Under the pieces are notes generated by a model, which worked only from the letters and a program-made list of their open reading frames with translations, made no database searches and was not told the origin of the DNA. Below are positions 60,219 through 64,000 of a stretch of DNA of 64,000 nucleotides, in pieces. A program made the position numbers and the translations under genes. The DNA is from Candidatus Calescibacterium sp. (GTDB lineage Bacteria; Calescibacteriota; Calescibacteriia; Calescibacteriales; Calescibacteriaceae), in the NCBI GenBank assembly GCA_032249135.1, contig JAVVGL010000005.1, positions 32,001-96,000 on the forward strand, in the 5' to 3' direction. The stretch's first letter is position 1, and every line of letters begins with the position of its first letter.

Positions 60219-61829
60219 GTGTTATTTGAAAAAGTGTTAAGGCTGAACAGAAAAAATATTCTTTTGATCTCAACATCTCTTTTGGTTGGACTTATGTATT
60301 TTCTTTCACAGCCAAGATATAATATTTACGTTTTTGCTTTCCTCTTTTATTTGCCAGCTCATATATTTTGGAGAGTTCATAAATCTATATCTCCTTTCTT
60401 TTGGGGAGGATTTTTCTCTTTTTCTATCACAATTCACTGGATAACCCATGCAATAACTTATTATGGAGGGTTCCCCTATATTTTCGCAATATTGCCTTTG
60501 ACTTTACTTTCTTTAACTTTGGCTGGGTTTTTTCTGCTTTTTGCCTACATAAGAGAAAAAACTGAAAAACTCGGATTACCTTTCTCTTTTTCTGATCCAG
60601 TAATATGGGTTGCGATGGAATTTATAAAATCTTGGTTCCTTACAGGTTTCCCGTGGGCTCTTGTTGGATACTCACTTTGGAAAAAAACAACCTTTATTCA
60701 AATTGCTGATATCGGAGGAGTATATGCTGTCTCTTTCTTCGTTATAACAATTCAAGGATTTTTATGCGATATAATTGATGTTATTTTGCTGAAAGAAAAA
60801 GAAGAAAAAAAGAAAATTTTAAAAAGGCTTATTTTCAGTTCCTCTTTTGCTCTTTTTGTTTTTGCTTTCGCATTAATTTATGGTGTGAAACGAAAAGATG
60901 AAATAAAAAAATATGTTGATGGAGTAAAAGAAGAAATTCCAGCTGTAATAGTTCAGCCGTCAATACCGCAGGATGTAAAATGGACTCCTGATTTCAAAAT
61001 CTATTCCCTTGAACAGAATATAAATTTATCTTTTTCGGCAATTGATTTCCCTTATAGTGAAGTTATTTTGGTCTGGCCCGAGACTGCTTTTACTTTTTTC
61101 TTTGAGCGTGAGACTGAACTCCAAAGTAAAGTTTTAGAACTTTCAAAAAAAGGTTTTTTTATTGTGGCAGGTGGAATAGGAATTTCAGAGCAGATTAAAA
61201 ATGGAAGAATAAATTTGACATACCATAACAGAGCTTATCTTGTTGAGCCTGACGGAAAATATTCTAGTTATGATAAAACTCATCTTGTGATATTTGGTGA
61301 ATATATACCTCTGAGATCATTTTTGGAAAAAATACCTTTTATAAAGAATCTGATTGATAGGGTAGAGAAGGTTGCAGGAGATTTTGAACCGGGAAAAGAG
61401 GTGAGGGCTGTTGGAGAGAAAATAAGATTAGGTATCCCTATTTGCTTTGAATCAATTTTCCCATCAATAGTCCGCAAAATGGTTCAAGACGGAGCAAAAA
61501 TAATAGCCGTTATAACTAATGATGGCTGGTTTGGTTATTCTTCGGGACCTTATCAACATTTTTCTGTTTCTGCCTTGCGCGCTGTGGAAACGAGAAGATT
61601 TGTTCTGCGCAGTGCTAATACAGGAATTTCTGGTGCTTTTTCTCCTACTGGTGATTTAATTTTTCAAACAAAGCTTTTGGAGAAAACTTCTTTTTTGGTC
61701 AAAGTAAAACCTCTTGATATAAAAACATTTTATGTAAAATATGGAGATGTTTTCTCAATAGCTTGCCTTATTATAACTTCCTTTTTTGTTATAACACATT
61801 TTTATCTTTCAAAGAGGAAAAGTAGATAA
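60219..61829 (+). CDS. lnt: Apolipoprotein N-acyltransferase
   Basis: GFPW, WPETA, YDKTHLVIFGEYIP, ICFE, TNDGWF, RAVE, RSANTGIS. Confidence 0.94.
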   Translation: MLFEKVLRLNRKNILLISTSLLVGLMYFLSQPRYNIYVFAFLFYLPAHIFWRVHKSISPFFWGGFFSFSITIHWITHAITYYGGFPYIFAILPLTLLSLTLAGFFLLFAYIREKTEKLGLPFSFSDPVIWVAMEFIKSWFLTGFPWALVGYSLWKKTTFIQIADIGGVYAVSFFVITIQGFLCDIIDVILLKEKEEKKKILKRLIFSSSFALFVFAFALIYGVKRKDEIKKYVDGVKEEIPAVIVQPSIPQDVKWTPDFKIYSLEQNINLSFSAIDFPYSEVILVWPETAFTFFFERETELQSKVLELSKKGFFIVAGGIGISEQIKNGRINLTYHNRAYLVEPDGKYSSYDKTHLVIFGEYIPLRSFLEKIPFIKNLIDRVEKVAGDFEPGKEVRAVGEKIRLGIPICFESIFPSIVRKMVQDGAKIIAVITNDGWFGYSSGPYQHFSVSALRAVETRRFVLRSANTGISGAFSPTGDLIFQTKLLEKTSFLVKVKPLDIKTFYVKYGDVFSIACLIITSFFVITHFYLSKRKSR

Positions 61830-61902
61830 AGTAAGGAGGAGTGTACGAAGATAAGACTGTGAAGATAAAATAAAATAAAATGAGAAAGTAAGACAAATAA
61901 TA

Positions 61903-62376
61903 TTATGAAAGTAACGATCTTAGCATCCATGCAGTTTTTTCGTGTTTTACCATAAGTTCAGTCAAAAAATCAGCTGTTCCTAAATCCTTGAATTTATCTC
62001 CGACATTCACAATATCTTCTCTGATGTTTCTTATTATTGTTTCATAATCTGAAAGTAAGTTCTCAATCATTTTTTTGGGTTCTGGGAATTCTCCTGGGTG
62101 TTCCTTTATTCTTGTTATTTTTAAGAATTCTGTTAATGTTGCTGTGGTCTTACCACCAAGAGCCCTAATTCTTTCTGCTATTTCGTCAATATATTCGTTT
62201 AGCTCTTCATAAAGAGATTCAAAAAATTTGTGAAGATCATTAAACTGCGGACCAACAACATTCCAGTGATAGTTTCTGACTTTTGTGTAAAGAACATATT
62301 CATCAGCAAGTAGAACTGTCAGAATTTTTATTACTTCCTCTCTGTTCTTATCGTCTATACCTATGTTTGGTTTCAT
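61903..62376 (-). CDS. dps: Dps DNA starvation/stationary-phase protection protein
   Basis: NYHWNVVGPQFNDLH, DEIAERI, HEKTAWML; SD AGGAGGT. Confidence 0.95.
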   Translation of the reverse strand: MKPNIGIDDKNREEVIKILTVLLADEYVLYTKVRNYHWNVVGPQFNDLHKFFESLYEELNEYIDEIAERIRALGGKTTATLTEFLKITRIKEHPGEFPEPKKMIENLLSDYETIIRNIREDIVNVGDKFKDLGTADFLTELMVKHEKTAWMLRSLLS

Positions 62377-62481
62377 AATAGATTTTACCTCCTTTCTCCT
62401 TTGAAATTAGGTTGTTTTACATTATTTATTTTGTTTCCAGCTTATTTTCAATTTACTTGATTACTTGATAAATTTTTTGTT

Positions 62482-63285
62482 TTATTCTTTTGTTGTTATT
62501 ACGAAGACAGCGCGTCTGTTTAATCTCCATTTTGATTCATCGTTGCACTGTGGAGGAGGGCAGGGGGCTTCTGGAAATTCCTCTCCAAATGAAACTGTTT
62601 GTATTCTATCTTCTGGTATGCCGAGCATTATAAGATATCTTTTTACAGCGTTGGCTCTTTTCCATCCCAGTTCTAAATTATATTCGTTTGTTCCTCTTTC
62701 ATCACAGTGACCTTCTATCAAAATTGCTGCTTCTGGGTTTTCATCTAATATAGGCTTTATAATGTTGAAATTCTCTTTTATAGCTTCCTTAGCATCTTCT
62801 CTGAGAGCATATGAATCAAAGTCAAAATATACTTTTTTCAGACCTTTCAATAAATAACCTCTTCCCAGAGTAGAAAGTCCTGCAATGTCTTCTTCTTTTA
62901 CTCCTTTTAGACGTGGCAGATTTGGTCTGCGGAATTCTGGTTCTTCCTCCACAATTTCAACTTTTTCTTCTTGTTTTTCTGGCATCGGTCTTCGCGATAA
63001 TTCCTCCCATTTTTTGATTGCGGCTTCTGCGAACTCTTTTGAGACTATTGCTTTTACTCTTGCGTCATCGTACTTTTTAGCTTGAACAAGTGTTAGAGCA
63101 TCATTATAGTATTTTTCAGCTATTTTGTATTCTTCAACCTGATCTGCGCCTATTTTTTTTGCTCTTTCTAATGCCTCTTTGGCTGCATCTAATTCTGCCT
63201 GCGGAATTTTCTTTGCACAACTGAAAAAAACCGAGATGCCAACCCCCAAAATAAAAGGAATCAAAAATAATTTCACAATTTTCAT
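62482..63285 (-). CDS. pal: Peptidoglycan-associated lipoprotein (OmpA-like domain) with N-terminal helical (DUF4398-like) domain
   Basis: FFS-C lipobox; VYFDFDSY, IEGHCDERGTNEYNLELG, VSFGEE, NRR; adjacent to a tolB-like gene. Confidence 0.85.
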   Translation of the reverse strand: MKIVKLFLIPFILGVGISVFFSCAKKIPQAELDAAKEALERAKKIGADQVEEYKIAEKYYNDALTLVQAKKYDDARVKAIVSKEFAEAAIKKWEELSRRPMPEKQEEKVEIVEEEPEFRRPNLPRLKGVKEEDIAGLSTLGRGYLLKGLKKVYFDFDSYALREDAKEAIKENFNIIKPILDENPEAAILIEGHCDERGTNEYNLELGWKRANAVKRYLIMLGIPEDRIQTVSFGEEFPEAPCPPPQCNDESKWRLNRRAVFVITTKE

Positions 63286-63397
63286 ACTTTGCTATATTTT
63301 ACAAAAATGGAAGGTAGAATTCAGATTTTCTGTTTTCTTTTTCTGCGCTTTTACTCTGATCTTTATGTTGATTGAATTGTTTTCTGCTGCTTAATCT

Positions 63398-64000
63398 TTA
63401 CCTTATGAACCCTACAATTTCATCTTTTTTTGTATCTAAAATTTTTCTTCTGAATGATCCGAATTTATCTGTTATGTAGAGGTCGTAGTCCCCGTCTGCG
63501 TTTGAGGAGAATATGATGAAATTCCCATCAGGAGTCCATGTTGGATTTTCCGATGAACCAAAATCTATAATTTTCTTTTCTTGACCGGTTTCAAAGTTGT
63601 AAATGTATATGTTGAATTTATTCCCTTCAAGTTTTGTGAAGACCATATCTTTCCCGTCCGGAGATATATCAGGAGATGAGTTGTATCTGCCTGAAAGAGG
63701 TATTTTCCTTTCTTCACCTGTTCCAATATCTTTTATGAATATTTGGGGTAACCCTTCTCTTCCTGAAACAAAGATGATTTTTTTACCATCTGGTGTTGTT
63801 TTCCCGAGCACATCAGAGTTTCCTGATGATATTTTTTGGAATTTTTTGAGGTTTAGGTTAAGAACATATAAATTAGAACCTCCTTCTCCGCTATTCCATG
63901 GAACTATTAGTATGCTTTCATTTACAAATGTTGGAAATAGAAAATTTCCTGTTTTTAGGGTTGTTGAGTAAATTTTTCTGGAAGCAGCATCAAGAATATA
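63398..64000 (-). CDS. tolB: TolB-like beta-propeller protein (5' end outside the window)
   Basis: PD40 repeats PDGKKIIFVSGREGLPQIF, SPDISPDG, ENPTWTPDG; frame stays open to the window edge. Confidence 0.8.
   Translation of the reverse strand, partial: YILDAASRKIYSTTLKTGNFLFPTFVNESILIVPWNSGEGGSNLYVLNLNLKKFQKISSGNSDVLGKTTPDGKKIIFVSGREGLPQIFIKDIGTGEERKIPLSGRYNSSPDISPDGKDMVFTKLEGNKFNIYIYNFETGQEKKIIDFGSSENPTWTPDGNFIIFSSNADGDYDLYITDKFGSFRRKILDTKKDEIVGFIR

Noticed and set aside
1..64000. CRISPR array, prophage, integron or IS element
   Set aside because: No regularly spaced repeats, cas, integrase, phage structural or DDE transposase genes seen; the Rpn-like genes show no terminal inverted repeats that I could find.

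Overview
AT-rich bacterial chromosome segment from a diderm (lpxC, bamD, lnt, pal/tolB), probably thermophilic given the very K/E/I-rich proteins. It holds about 55 CDS, one tRNA-Leu(CAG) and an rpmH gene missed by the ORF track. Housekeeping genes are scattered away from their usual operon partners (aroD, tmk, lepB, rpmH, murA, gyrB, hisIE, rpsP, lpxC, argF, gcvPB, trpE), alongside lipid/acyl-CoA catabolism genes and large surface lipoproteins. I found no CRISPR array, prophage, IS element or reverse transcriptase. Main points of interest: (1) an Rpn/YhgA-like PD-(D/E)XK family present as an intact copy, a frameshifted copy and an orphan C-terminal cassette, with a conserved internal SD+ATG that suggests an intragenic small antitoxin-like protein and C-terminal swapping; (2) a recurrent -10-like hexamer 6-10 nt before SD-less start codons, suggesting widespread leaderless or short-leader mRNAs; (3) bamD starting 5 nt after the tRNA CCA; (4) a 36-bp element shared upstream of two unrelated genes; (5) a decaying SQR-like/DUF1641 pair. 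All family calls come from motif recognition by eye, not database searches.
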